In this document: in pieces, positions 1 through 12,879 of the stretch
Position numbering within the stretch: the first letter of the stretch is position 1
Layout: each line of letters opens with the position of its first letter
Assembly (NCBI RefSeq): GCF_039654945.1
Contig: NW_027361917.1
Coordinates: 58,652,001-58,716,000, forward strand
Length of the DNA stretch: 64,000 nt
Direction of reading: 5' to 3'
Origin: Dendrobates tinctorius
Taxonomy: Eukaryota
The notes under the pieces: generated by a model
The model's input: only the letters and a program-made list of their open reading frames with translations
Told to the model about the DNA's origin: nothing
Databases searched by the model: none
Translations under genes and position numbers: made by a program

Positions 1-1518
1 AAAATGGAACATGAGTGGCTCCTACAGGACTTGTCCATGCATTTGGATGACTAGACTACTATAACAGCCACATCCAGCCAGTCTTCTACTCTATTTGCCA
101 TTTGTTTCATTTGTGTGCCTCCTTTCCAAATAAAAAAAAAACAATAAACTGTGTTGGCTACCTTCTCCTCTGCCTCTTCCACATACACTGCCAAGTCCAG
201 CTTCTCCACCTCCTCCAGTTTGGCCTCTGCGCCCTCATTGTAGTTTGTTTGTTAAATTTGGGTTAACTCTATATTCTCTGAAAAAACAATTTCTATCAGG
301 TCCTGTTGGATAAATGTGGAAACATACTCGGTAGGTGAAATTTGTTATCAGCTTTTGTGGGGTAAATATGAAAACATGCAGGGGAGACACTTTGGACCAC
401 CACATTAGGCGGCCAGAGTGCATCCCCTGCTGACTGGGCTTGGGGCACATGTCCCCCCATAGATACGCCTCTGTGCTAAAGAAGGGATACTCTGTCCCAT
501 GCTCTGTGGGTGAAATTTTTTATAAGATTCTGTAGTGCTACTGTGCCCAATGATCTCTGGGTGAAATTTGTAAGCTGATAATGTAGGAGTACTCTGCCCC
601 ATGCTCTGTCAGTGAGATTAGTTAGCTGCTTCTGTGGAGGTACGCTGTCCAAATGTGACGCGAGTCACTCTAGAAATAATAAGTTCCAACAATGGAGAGA
701 AAGACTACTATAACAGATAGTAATGTAATACTACTTACTGGATAAGTAAAGGGAGGTCAAACAATCTGAGGTCAGGTCCAGGAAGCAATGGGTAGTCAGA
801 GACGAAATCCAATTCACGAGCCGAGGTCAGGAAAACCAGTAAGGCAATATAGTTTTTAGGGAGCAGGCAAAAGAGAAATCAGGTCACAAGCAAATAGTCT
901 AAGTCCAGGAAGGGAATAAAGTCAGGCTGAGTCAGATGCAGAGCACAGAGCGATCAGACTTACACAGGTAACAGCAAGTTTACAATTGACAGAGTGAAGT
1001 AGCTAGCATGCTTAAGTAGAAGACTAATAAAGGAAAGTGAACACAAACCCAGGAAAGCACAAACCCAGCACAACACCTATACAAAGTAACATATCAGAAA
1101 GGAAAAGAGTGGAGATCATGACACCGATGCTCTGTGGTGACATTTTTAACTGGACTCATAGTAGCAAGCCTCAGTCTCTGTGAGGGCACTGTTAAAATTT
1201 TTATGTTATTCATTCACTTCCTATTTTACCATTTTGCTATGGCGACAGATCCCCTTTGAGTGATTTCCCTATCCACATTTCTTTGAAGGGCAATTGTCCT
1301 TCTTTTACCCCCATTTAGCTTTCTTTTGCATCTCCCTAGCCCTGACTATGAGAATTTTACAGCCATTTTAAAGCACCGAAGTTCGGGTCCGCATTCACTT
1401 CTATTGGGTTCAGGTCCTGCGTCAAAATTCGAGGTAAAGTTCAGACTCGAACCAAACTTTAGACTGTATATTCGGTGAACCCGGCGAGCCTAATCATCCA
1501 TGGGTTCACTCATCACTA
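1..1518. mobile_element. Decayed right part of a hAT-type element (same terminal-repeat class as 11046-18715)
   Basis: Ends in ...gggttcactcatcacta (revcomp TAGTGATGAGTGAAC), resembling the TAGAGTTGAGCGA TIR. Subterminal ccgaa/ttcgg motifs and degenerate ~55-bp 'tactctgtcccatgctctgtgg' repeats at ~490-650. The left end is not in the window. Confidence 0.45.
654..1123. mobile_element. Possible solo LTR
   Basis: TGTGAC...ATGACA termini interrupt the host tandem repeat (ctgtcc|ccgatgctctgtgg). The TSD is degenerate (ccaaa/ccgat). Confidence 0.35.
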
Positions 1519-1540
1519 CTTACCAATGTAAGTTCAAAAT

Positions 1541-2518
1541 TGTGACGAGCGTCAGCATACGCTGAGTCGTTCTTCTTAGAAAGAGTGGACCCTCTGGGCC
1601 GTGGCACCCAACCACCTCGGGCGAGCTGACCTAATGAGAACCACCCCCTATACAGGGAGTGTCAGGGGAAAGACCAAGGGGGTGAGCCACCACGGCAGCT
1701 GGACCAGACGGCCAGCTCAGGGAAACAAGACAAGGCAAGACGAGTCATTAATTCAAAGAAACTTCATTAAGGAAGACTTCAGGTACAACAGGTGCAAAAC
1801 GTGGACACACAGAACATAAGGCAAGGTGTGTGCAAGAGCACGCCGAGGTCCAAGACTTGAGGAACTCTTCAGGGTGCAACAGGAGCAAACGTGAACACAC
1901 AGAGTTTGTGGAATAGGGTGCGTGCAATGGCACACCGAGGTCCAAGCATGGAACGTGCAGATGGTACGCGGACATCGGATTCCGGACAACAGTCCACGAT
2001 CAACCAGGGCATCAGGGTCTGTAGCTCAGAGGATAATCGGCAGGATCCGGACATCCAGAAGTCAGACAGGGTTCCATGCAAGGAAACAAGATAGAGTTAG
2101 TGACATGGTGTGTGTCAACGGACACGCCAGGATCAGGTTCACAGGACAGAGACCTGCGCATGCCGAGGGGCATGCCAGGGACGGGTCAGGTTCACAGGAC
2201 GGTAGCCTGCGCATGCCACGGGACATTCCAGGGACGGGTCAGGTTCACAGGACAGTGGCCTGCGCATGCCAAGGGGCATGCCATGGAGAGGCACAGAGGA
2301 CGCTGGCATTGACCGACAGGGTCCAGGTATCTGGCTACGGACATCAGCTCCGGACATCAGGCCGCAGTCATCTAGGTCCGGACCTCTGGCAGCGGTCGGC
2401 AGGTTATGGAATCTGGCAGGCAAACTAGGGAACAGAGAAGAGCAAAAGAGACAAAGGCTTTGTGCAAGAGTAGCACGAAAAGGCACAGTGCGAGAACCAG
2501 CCTGAGTGCAAGGGGCAA
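1541..2518. mobile_element. Truncated LTR-like sequence with internal ~42-bp tandem repeats
   Basis: Starts TGTGACG and is GC-rich. Three copies of 'ccagggacgggtcaggttcacaggac..cctgcgcatgcc' at ~2125-2285. Abruptly joined to a Tc1 fragment. Confidence 0.4.
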
Positions 2519-2968
2519 TGAAGGATTGGCTTCGTAAGAAGCATATGAAGGTCCTGGAGTGGCCTAGCCAGTCTCCAGAACGCAACCCCATAGAAAACCT
2601 TTAGAGGGATTTGAAAGTCCATGTTGCCCAGTGACAGTCCCAAAACATCACTTCTCTATAGAAGATCTGCAAGGAGGAATGAACCTTGTGAAGACTTAAA
2701 AAAAATGTTTGACCTCTGTCAGTGCCAAAAAAGGATATATGACAAAATATTGAGCTGAACCTTTTTTAATGACCAAATACTTAGTTTCCACCATACTTTG
2801 CAAAATAAATCTTGCCAAATCAGACAAGGTGATTTTCTGGATTTGTTTTCCCATTTTGACTCTCATAGTTGTGGTCTATCTATGATGTCAATTACAGGCC
2901 TCTCTCATTTTTTTTAAGTGAGAGAACTTGCACAATCGGAGGCTGACTAAATACTTTTTTCCCCATTG
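2519..2968 (+). mobile_element. 3' fragment of a Tc1 element (older relative of 21163-49099)
   Basis: Decayed [10 protein letters not shown]-coding segment similar to 22291-22440, followed by a right TIR ending ...ctgactaaatacttttttccccattg|TA. Confidence 0.85.
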
Positions 2969-2984
2969 TATATAAGCATTTAGC

Positions 2985-3855
2985 CAGTTAATATACATCA
3001 CACTTTTCCCTGTACCAGAAATCCGCTGCCTCAGAGTAACCCTTGACTCTGCCCTGTCCTTCAAACCGCACTTCCAAGCTCTCGGCATCTCATGTCGCCT
3101 CAGCTCGAAAATATTTCCAGAATTTGTCCTTTCCTAAATCCTCAATCTACTAAAATGCTTCCACATGTCCTAATCATCTCTCGCCTCGAAAACTGCAACA
3201 TCCTCCTCTTTGGCCTATCTTCTAATACTCTCCAGCCCGTCCTTAACTCTGATGCCTGATTAATTAATCACTCTCCTTCTTTCCCCCTATGCAAATCCCT
3301 TCACCGTGTCCCAATTTCCCGGCGTATCCAGTTCAAACTACTAACACTGACCTACTAACCATCCATAGCCTTTCTTTACCATATATCTCTGAACTAATCT
3401 CCTGATATCTTCCTGACAAAATGTCCGGTCCTCCCAAGACATCCTTATCTGCTCCACACTTATTTGTTCCTCACCCAATCATCGCCAAGACCTCTCCAGA
3501 GTATCCCCCATCCAGTGGATTTCTGTGCCCCAACAAGTACAATTATCCACCATATTTGGATCACCCAGACGGAATCTGAAAACCCATCCCTTCAAGATGG
3601 GTTTTCAACTTTTCAACCTCCAATGACCATGCTGCCACCTAAACACCATCAAAGCAACTGAAACTTCCAACCTACTGTCTCCTTCCCCATCATCCTGTAG
3701 CATTTAAACCTGCAAAGGCAGGATCCTCTTCTCTCTGTACCAGTCAACCATTATTTTGTCTACTGTAAATGATATTTGCATTTTAGATGAAACCCCTTTC
3801 TAATGTACAGTATCATGGAATCAATGGTGTTATACAAATAAATAATAATAATAAT
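2985..3855 (+). mobile_element. L2-clade LINE 3' fragment (decayed ORF2 end and 3'UTR)
   Basis: Remnants translate to VTLDSALSFKPH, NISRI.PFL and LIISRL..CNILL.GL, typical of the L2 RT C-terminus. Ends in an aaataaataataataataat tail. Confidence 0.75.
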
Positions 3856-3979
3856 ATTAGTTCTTGCACTTACCTATATCTTCTTCCAGTGATTAACCCT
3901 CATAATTAACTTTTTGTTAACATTCTGATGCTTTCTTGATCCTACACATGTGGTGAAGTGATCCCCAGCTCCTTACTTA

Positions 3980-4380
3980 AGCCCCCGTTACACGATATCA
4001 CTAGCAATATCGCTGTAAAGTCACCGATTTTGTGACGTTATAGCGATATTGCTAGCGATATCGCTGCATGTGATACTTACCTCCGACCAGCTCCCCCGCT
4101 GGTTATCGCTGATCGCGCGAGAAGCTCCTGGATCATTTCTCGTCGGCCACTTCCTGCTGCGCTTCCTGCTGTGACGATGAGCAGCGCGTGGAGCCGGGCG
4201 GGAGGACGCAGGATCGCCGCGTCTGACAGGTAAGTAGCGATCCCCGTCCCCAGCGATGTCGCTGATGAGATCTGCCTGAGTGGCAACTCACTAGCGACCA
4301 CCTAGCGATTCACCAGCGATCCTGACCGCGTCATATCGCTGGTCGGGATCGCTGGTGAGTCGCTAGGTGTAACGGTACCC
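3980..4380. mobile_element. PIF/Harbinger-type MITE
   Basis: Imperfect TIRs (..ccgttacac / gtgtaacgg..), a TTA duplication and many internal agcgat/atcgct palindromes. Confidence 0.65.
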
Positions 4381-4557
4381 TTACTCATAAAGTCCATTCA
4401 AACTACAAAGTAAAGAAATTTCATGTCTGTATTTTGAATGGCTGAGCCAGCAGCTCTGCAGAGAGCTCTGAATGGTGATGGGGGAATGGCCTGTGACCTT
4501 TGTACAGTTTAGACTGACTAGAGATGTGCACAGGGAAGGAGAGCAACTGGAGCATAA

Positions 4558-4974
4558 GGGTACTGTTACACTAAGCGACCCACCACCGATTCTGACAATG
4601 ATGCGTCCTGGTAAGGATCGCTGGTGTGTCGCTAAATTATCGCTAGTAAGATGTCAAACAGTCATATTTACCCAAAGATGCAGCAACGATCTCAGCGGTT
4701 GTTGGGACCTTGTCACACAGCAGCGATTCTGATGACTCCCGCCTGCGTCCATGATTTCTTGAGGTCGCTCGTCGGTGTCAAACACAGCGATACATGCTGG
4801 CCAGCGGGACACCAGCAATCAAAAAATAGCCCAGGACATTCGAGCACGATCAGCGACATCGCACGGGGGCCTGGTCGCTGCTAAGTGTCACACGTAACGA
4901 GATCGCTGGTGAGGTCGCTGTTGCGTCACAAAATCGGTGATGCTTCAGCGATCTCGCTTAGTGTGAAGTACCCC
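4558..4974. mobile_element. PIF/Harbinger-type MITE, related to 3980-4380
   Basis: gggtact..acac / gtgtgaagtacccc termini, TAA duplication (4555-4557, 4975-4977), same agcgat/atcgct motifs. Confidence 0.65.
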
Positions 4975-5891
4975 TAATGCTTCTAACTTTAGCCAGAAGA
5001 GATGGTGCTCGGCATTACAGATTACTAGATTACATTATAATGAATGCCTAGATTGTATGAGTCATTGCTTCACTAGAGAACACTGGGCCAGCCAGTCTTA
5101 GTACCTGTAACCATACTTCCCGCAGTAGAGTTTCAGGATAGCACTTACTAGGTAAATTGGGAGAAATGATAGAAAGGAAAAACTGTGAAGCATTTAATAC
5201 ATCTTGAGACTGTATAAAAGTTTTTAGAGACTCTGTCTCCTGGCAAAGTTAGTCACAAATGGAGCACTTTCAGGAAATTCAAGACGTAAATAATAAAAAA
5301 AGCAAGATGGCTGCCTGGGTCTCAAGGTAAATCAAGGTAGCAGTGGAGTTTAGGGAGTAACAACCAGATGTTTTTTTTTTATTTACTATTGTACATATTA
5401 GCAGCATTTGCTTAAAAGTAAAAATGTATAAAAAAATACCAAGCCACTCACATTTCTGGCCATGCCCAATGCTCCCTGCCCTCTCTACGTTCCTCTGTGC
5501 CTCTGTCACATAAAATCCTTAACCCAGTGTTCATTCTAGGCTGGGGATTTCAGCTTCTAGCAGGTCCTGGAGTTTACTGCACATGCTGCCATCCTTACTC
5601 GTGGGCAGGAAGCCCTGGCCTAGAATGAATGGGCTGAGACATTATTTGACAAAGGTGTAGAGGACCGGATAGTGGGCATAGAGTAGTGGGGAGGTGACTA
5701 TACTTTTTTTTTTTCATTTTTTTGTATCTTTTATTTTTTATGCTCTGGGGTCTGAACATTGATGTTAACAACTGATACACTGACCAAATAATTATGGAAC
5801 CAAAACACTGCTAACATTCACCAATATCCTGCATACGTGAAAAATTACATACATCTGAATAAAACCTAAATCTGATTTTTCTAATTTTTAA

Positions 5892-5924
5892 ATATATATA
5901 TATATATATATATATAAATATATA

Positions 5925-5958
<34 letters not shown>
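5892..5958. repeat. (TA)n microsatellite, interrupted
   Basis: Directly visible. Confidence 0.95.
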
Positions 5959-5961
<3 letters not shown>

Positions 5962-6829
5962 TGGTAGACTTTTATGCAGATGATAAAATGGAAAAAAGGA
6001 CAACAAATATGCATATACCTAATTACATAATAAATAAAACTAACCCATAGATATGTTGCATAATATTAAAATTAATTGCTGCAATAAATTAAACAGTAAA
6101 AAACAGTAGTCTATTAAGTAGACATTCAATCTTCCCATAAAAGTAAAAGCTATCCAGTTAAGAGCAATGGGTAATTGCTTTACATATGCGATCTCTATTT
6201 AGAAATTTTGTTCCTTTTATTTTGCTCATAAATTTGGACAACAGCAATTGATCAGTACTACTAACTGAGAAGTTGTCAGCTATATTTACCATGTTTTCAG
6301 TACCTTAAAATATTAAACAAAAATTATTAATTAAAATGTGTCCTGCATTTAGCTTTTAATAATTAAAGCACAAATAACGGAATCATAATGCAATGTCATT
6401 TATTAGAGAATTATCAGAGAACTCGATTTTTCCTTTTAATTGTAATAAAAAAGCATAAAAAAGATGAAATATTTGTATTTCAAAATTGAAGCCAGCCTTG
6501 AGAAGAGCTTCTGCGACTATCTCAGTGACATTTCCTTTCGTGTTACTCTGTCAGCTTATTGTTATCATTGGATTAATGGGTCTTAATGACACAAACAATT
6601 AATCTTCATCTTTTTAAGAACTCTGAGCAGCCATTGGGCCGTGCTACATATCTTGTCATGAGGCAATAGAAGTCTTTCTCTTTGGATAATTCAGCACAAA
6701 AATAAAATTAAATTAAAAGCGTTTCATCATTTTATTAAGTACATGTCACTGACATGTGATATGTGGCACAGACGTTACAATGGGCGTTAACATTCATATT
6801 TTCCAATAGTTCTCATTTAAAGAGAATGT

Positions 6830-7876
6830 TGACGCGCCCACCAGGGCCGTGGAGTACCTGGAATCGGACAGGACTGTTCTATGGGGGAGGTCACGGGGCC
6901 GTGATCCATTTCCGTGGCCCTGGCCGTGTCATAAAATAGAGGATAGTTATGTGGGATTTAATTGTGACGCCACCAGTGGTGTTTGGCAATGGGTGGTGGA
7001 CGCTGTGGTTTTGGCTGATGGTGACGCAGCAAAGATAGTTCAGTTCCCCACAGGTAGAGCGGGGCCCCAAGGCAAATATATTTGATTGTTGAGATGGTGA
7101 ACGTTGGGGTGCAGAGAATAAGTGAGGGACATAGAGAGGTGCAGTTTTCTTTGCCTTTTACTTGAAAGTAGATGCAATCAGGGGTACCAATTACAGATGA
7201 CAAATTGAGTCCGGCTTGCCTGGAGGCATTCAGGGGATCAACCCTGCTTGGAGGGGTTGGGGACCTTCATTCTGCGCTCTCTTTTTGGCTCCCTGCTGCT
7301 TGTAGCTTAGCTGCGGCCCTCTCCTGTGTGATGATTTCTAACCTGTATGGCAGACAGTGTGAGCCTATATCACGGACACTGTCCTTTTCACTGTCAGCCC
7401 CGGGCTCTTGGTCTGCTGTCCTGCATTCAGGTGTTCGGTGTGGCCAGGGAGTTTGCAGTACCCTGCCCTCCAGATTCGGCTGTCAGGGCGTACAGCACCC
7501 GCTGGCGTCCCTTTTTATCAGCACTCCGCTCTGGGGTCAGCTATATGCAATTTTAGTTCCCCAGAGCCCTTGTCTCTGCTCCTGTCCCTTCCCTCTCCAC
7601 AGACCAACTGCCAACTTTCCTCTCTCACTGTGCGGTCATGAGCTCCAGCTGGCTCCCGTTTCCATAACTCTCCTGTTTACTCTGTCAGCTGACTTCTTTC
7701 TGACTCACTAAGCCCACCTGCTGGCCAGAATTTATAAGGAAGCTCCCCTTTCTGGCCTGGAGCAGGAATTGACATGTACACTGTTACCTGGCATGGAGAC
7801 CCCCTGCCGCCAGGCATGACATCACCCCCTAGAGGGAGGCATTATCACTGTTTCAACTGGACTCTGGGTTGCCACA
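6830..7876 (-). mobile_element. Solo LTR related to the Gypsy LTRs at 52594 and 60246
   Basis: Revcomp begins TGTGGCAACCCAGAGTCCAGTTG..GCCTCCCTCT (compare TGTGACACCCCAGAGTCCAGTTG..GCCTCCCTCT) and ends ..CCACGGCCCTGGTGGGCGCGTCA. No clean TSD. Confidence 0.8.
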
Positions 7877-8310
7877 ACCTGTCAGCATGATTTTGTAATG
7901 TAAAGACATGGCTAGATGGCACTGTAATACTGATTAAATTGGTACCTTTTTTAAAGAAATTCACTTTGTTGTTCCTCTTTATTCACCATTTAAATTTTTC
8001 TGCTAATTAGATTTTGGTGCACAGGGGCCAGACTGTACCATGGGTCTTCTCCTCCCTGTGTGTGATTCCTGGCCACCTCTGCCTGCTTCTGGTAAGTCAT
8101 TCAGACAGCGGAGGTGAGTGGAGGCTCTGCGGTAGCACAGAAACAGAGGAGGGGATGCAATGTACAGTCCGGCCCCTGTGCACCGAAATCTTATAAGCAG
8201 AAAACTTGAATTTGCCATTAAAGAACAACAAAGTGGATTTCTTAAAAAAATGTATCAATTAAATCTGTATTTAGTGCCATTGTAGTCATGTCTTTACATT
8301 ACATTACAAT
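7877..8310. mobile_element. Palindromic MITE (TTAA/Kolobok-T2-like) whose left tip is split by the solo LTR
   Basis: ~7890-7990 is an imperfect inverted repeat of ~8215-8310. The tip reads ttaaagaga|LTR|acctgtcagca. Confidence 0.5.
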
Positions 8311-8694
8311 CAGTTGGGTAGGTGGAGTTATTCAGAGTTCAGCATTCAGATAACTGGTAGTTCTGTAACAGATAAAACTGTGATTTTGTCAAAACTACAG
8401 AAAGCAGCATAATAAGTAATACATCACTGAAATCAACATCTCTGCCTCTATATTATGCTATGCTGTTCTCATATGGGGCAGCAAGAACTCTTTAGAGGGA
8501 TTCTGTTAGTAGATTCAATCTTTACAAGCAGTTTATATGGGCATGGAGGTCATAGAAAATTGATTAAAATGATACCTAAGTGCTATACAAAGGAATATAC
8601 ACTGGCGCTACTAATAGAAAAACCGGGCTGCTGGAACCTAGACAGAAACTGTGCTTCTACTGTCAGGAAAGGGTTAAATGAATAAATGAAGGAA

Positions 8695-9238
8695 AAATAT
8701 TCAGGATTGAGAGTCCTCAGTAGTTGATACCTTTTAATGGCTAACTGAAAAGATGGTAATACATTGCAAGCTTTCGAGACAACTCAGGTCTCTTCATCAG
8801 GCTAGACTAATACAAAATCTGAAGTCACATATTTATGCACAATACAGCCTAGAAAAAATGCAATAGATAAGACAAGTGACGTGAAGCAGAACTATCAATA
8901 TGGGAGAGGGAGAAATATAAATATAAACATTGGACCAGTTCATAGATAAGGAGTCTGGATGTTTTATGGTCCTCTGATTGGGGTCTAGTTCTGTGTTGCC
9001 CCGCAAGGTTTTAAAAGGAAATTCCTTAATTGATGTAAAAAGACATAAATCCATGCGACACATTCATTCCAGCACTGAGAGTGTCAAAGTTCGTCATAAA
9101 TTTGTACTCCCAAACTCGTCTCTCTCTCTGAGATGTGAAGTTACCTTTCAATACCAGTAATAACTGAGGACTCTCAATCCTGAATATTTTTCTATCCACT
9201 GGCTAACACGGTACAAAGATATACATCTTTCCTGTATC
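8695..9238 (-). mobile_element. 5'-truncated Penelope-like element with inverted tail
   Basis: Minus strand ~9160-9026 translates LLVLKGNFTSQRERRVWEYKFMTNFDTLSAGMNVSHGFMSFYIN* (PLE GIY-YIG C-terminus). Contains a hammerhead motif and an inverted copy of its own end at ~9163-9238. 12-bp TSD TAAATGAAGGAA (8683-8694, 9239-9250). Confidence 0.85.
8766..8802 (-). ncRNA. Minimal type I hammerhead ribozyme motif
   Basis: GC-CTGATGA-A-GAGAC-ctgagtt-GTCTC-GAAA-GCTT-GC. Palindromic stem III (AAGCTT), very short stem I. Confidence 0.7.
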
Positions 9239-9677
9239 TAAATGAAGGAAGGTACCGCTCTCCAAGTTGCATAGGACAGTTCAGTAATAGTAGAAATTAA
9301 AGTGAAAGCAAATGATCTGCACCTCACACACAGACCCCAGAGTGTGCAGGAGATAGAACTCTACCAAGCCAGCAATAATTAACTAATAAACAGTGATGGA
9401 AATTATGCAGACTTACCCTAGCTTCAGCTGCAAGGAGGTGCTGTGCCGATCACAGTGAATAATCCACAGTGGCACTGGATAAGTGTGTGACAGGCTGGGA
9501 GGATGAGGTGAATGAGCTCAGATAACTGGGGTGCGAGTAGTAAAAGGAGCCGGGCAGAGTCAGGACCGCTCCGGCCGGTAGAGTTCTGGATGCTTGGCTG
9601 AATAATGGCAGACTCTGTCCTGCACTGACAGCATGTGACGTCACAGGCTAAGGCTACAAAGCCTTCCTGGGGCCAAA

Positions 9678-9720
9678 AACCTATGCGTTTCGAAGGCGAA
9701 CGTGCTTCTTCGTCAGGGTT
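9678..9720 (-). ncRNA. Minimal type I hammerhead ribozyme motif (partly decayed)
   Basis: AACC-CTGACGA-A-GAAG-cacgttcgc-CTTC-GAAA-CGCA-TA-GGTT. The mirror copy at ~19100-19133 has a deletion and reads CGTGTA. The two copies imply an ancestral palindromic ACGCGT. Confidence 0.7.
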
Positions 9721-10261
9721 ACCGCCCACCCAGTCTAGCTGTCATATATAGTGTGTGTATGGTCAAACACCTGTTTAATGCTTGGATTGATCACCCTCCT
9801 CCACCCTCCCAATAAATGGCTAGTTAGTGATTTAGACTATAATGAGTGATTAAAAATGGGGGAAAGAACAGCCATAATGTATGCCTAATATGAATAGGAA
9901 GTAATATTGCAAATAGTTAGAAATATTAAAAAACATAACTTTATTATACTAAAGTTAAAAAAAACTTTAGCATTTTAATATGAATAAAATCAAATACAAA
10001 TATAAAAAAGAGGGACTATACACATAAAATTTAATATGCTCCATCTGCTGCGAATACTCATACAAAAAGCGGATATCCAGAATAAAAATGTGGAGGATAT
10101 GGTAAGGTACACGAAAATGCGTGTACCTTAAAAATTCTTTAGAAAATATTTTTAAAACCACATAGTGTGGATACAGCTAATTAAAATAGTCATAAACAAC
10201 CTCTATGTATGCAATCCTAATATTGGTTATAAACGTTGTCCTATTGCGTACCAAATATTAG

Positions 10262-10911
10262 TGTGGCGCCCCTGACAGCTGTCTGCCGTACAAGTAGAGT
10301 TCATAGGAACATCTGACAGGAGGAACTCCAGTATAGCTCAGTACTGGGAGTACTTCACTAAAGGCGCAATAAGGGAGACGTTCAGAAAAGGCACATGTTG
10401 GCGGAGTGTTGGAAAGGAGAACTTCATCTGGAAGTTGGCTGAGCTCCTGACCTGGAGGACACGGCACTGAAGCGGGCACCTGTATGCACAACAGACTGTG
10501 AGTAAAGCTTTGGAACTACATGCCCTGGTGTCCTCCGCTTATTCCCGCCTCAACCTCCTCAGCACTGCTACATCCCCTGCGCCTGACACTGCACCATCTA
10601 CGTGTCACTTCACCTACACTGCCCTGGGACTACAGCCCTCCCTGTGGAGGGCTATAACATCCTTGCTGCACCACACCATCTGTCCCAGAGGATCTGTCTG
10701 CAGCGTCGGCTTAACATATTCATTGCCAAACACCACAGGTGGCATCACAAATCAATTCATACACTTTAATCCACATAAGCACACTGAACTTTCCCCTCTT
10801 TTACAATGGGCGCCCAGGGCCACGGACTGGGTCCCAGCTGCCGTGACATCTCCCACTGAAGCTCATCAGGCCCGGTACCGAGTACCCCGCCAGCCCTGGG
10901 AGGGCGACCCA
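10262..10911 (+). mobile_element. Solo LTR (Gypsy-type)
   Basis: TG...CA ends with a 4-bp TSD TTAG (10258-10261, 10912-10915). The 3' part shares 'cccagggccacggac..gtaccgagtacccc..gccctg' with the LTRs at 52594 and 60246. Confidence 0.85.
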
Positions 10912-11599
10912 TTAGTATGACTGGTGAGGATGATAATTAAAATTACTTACATGTAAATACCCCTTGTAAATGAATTAAAAAGCTAGTTTAAATAGGAATA
11001 AAAAAATATATATAAAAAAATAAATACGAAGGAACTGGTTAAAAGTAGAGTTGAGCGAAACGGGTCGAAAAAATTCAAAAGTCGCCGACTTTTGGCAAAG
11101 TCGGGTTTCATGAAACGAAACCCGACCCTAGGATGAGGTCGGCGACTTACGCGCCAAAGTCGCGTTTCAAAAGTTTGTTTTGCGCTCTTTTTCAGCCAAT
11201 CAGGATCCACGGACACTGTGGGCAACGTGATGACCTAGGCACGGGTCACCACCATCTTTCAGAAGGGCATGCAAGTGATTGGCTTGCTTTGGTGGGCGTC
11301 ACAGGGGGTATAAAAGGGCGTGCACGCCGACCGCCATCTTACTTCTGCCGATCTTAGTATAGGGAGAGGTTGCTGCTGATTCTGTAGGGAGAGTGTTAGG
11401 CAGGGAAGAAGACAAAAAAACTGCTTCTGTTGCTAGCGATTTGGCCTGCACAACACACAAGTCACTGTGTGTGCAGTGCAAGGGGAGGCTATATTGTGGT
11501 GTATCAGTGGTGTTGGTTGTTGGGCTGCCTTTTAAGGCTTCCTGACACGCTGGCATTGCTGTTTACCCACTGCTCCGCAAACTGCTTTTTTAAAAGCAA

Positions 11600-12805
11600 T
11601 CCAATCTCCCTTATCCTCTAGTCACTTTTGTCACAGCTGTGCCATCGAGCCTGTCACATAGCGCTCAGATATCAGTGGGCCTCACACAATCCACAAGTGT
11701 CCAGTGTCCAAAAGTGTGCGCAGAGATTCAAAATCTCCATTATCCTCTCGTCACTTTGGTCACAGGCAGCTGTGCCATCGAGCGTGTCACATAGCGCTCA
11801 GATATCAGTGGGCCTCACACAATCCACAAGTGTCCAGTGTCCAAAAGTGTGCGCAGAGATTCAAAATCTCCATTATCCTCTCGTCACTTTGGTCACAGGC
11901 AGCTGTGCCATCGAGCGTGTCACATAGCGCTCAGATATCAGTGGGCCTCACACAATCCACAAGTGTCCAGTGTCCAAAAGTGTGCGCAGAGATTCAAAAT
12001 CTCCATTATCCTCTCGTCACTTTGGTCACAGGCAGCTGTGCCATCGAGCGTGTCACATAGCGCTCAGATATCAGTGGGCCTCACACAATCCACAAGTGTC
12101 CAGTGTCCAAAAGTGTGCGCAGAGATTCAAAATCTCCATTATCCTCTCGTCACTTTGGTCACAGGCAGCTGTGCCATTGAGCCTGTCACATAGCGCTCAG
12201 ATATCAGTGGGCCTCACACAATCCACAAGTGTCCAGTGTCCAAAAGTGTGCGCAGAGATTCAAAATCTCCATTATCCTCTCGTCACTTTGGTCACAGGCA
12301 GCTGTGCCATCGAGCCTGTCACATAGCGCTCAGATATCAGTGGGCCTCACACAATCCACAAGTGTCCAGTGTCCAAAAGTGTGCGCAGAGATTCAAAATC
12401 TCCATTATCTTCTCGTCACTTTGGTCACAGGCAGCTGTGCCATCGAGCGTGTCACATAGCGCTCAGATATCAGTGGGCCTCACACAATCCACAAGTGTCC
12501 AGTGTCCAAAAGTGTGCGCAGAGATTCAAAATCTCCATTATCCTCTCGTCACTTTGGTCACAGGCAGCTGTGCCATCGAGCCTGTCACATAGCGCTCAGA
12601 TATCAGTGGGCCTCACACAATCCACAAGTGTCCAGTGTCCAAAAGTGTGCGCAGAGATTCAAAATCTCCATTATCCTCTCGTCACTTTGGTCACAGGCAG
12701 CTGTGCCATCGAGCCTGTCACATAGCGCTCAGATATCAGTGGGCCTCACACAATCCAAAAGTGTCCACTGTCCACAAGTGTGTGCAGAAATTCTAAATCT
12801 CCCCT
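11600..12805. repeat. 133-bp minisatellite, ~9 near-identical copies, upstream of the hAT transposase
   Basis: tccaaaagtgtgcgcag recurs every 133 bp. The last unit is diverged. Confidence 0.95.
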
Positions 12806-12879
12806 GTCCTATAGACACCTTGTACCTTGTTCTACATTACTATATAGTTTGTTGGATTTTGTCTACATTTCTACCAAAA

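Noticed and set aside
7172-7711. 179-aa ORF and similar ORFs within LTRs (52810-53534, 60493-61217)
   Set aside because: Lie wholly within LTRs, have no domains and are not kept intact among copies.
11628-12879. Repeated 118-aa ORFs and the first ~126 aa of the 589-aa ORF
   Set aside because: By-products of a 133-bp repeat cycling through frames, with non-ATG starts.
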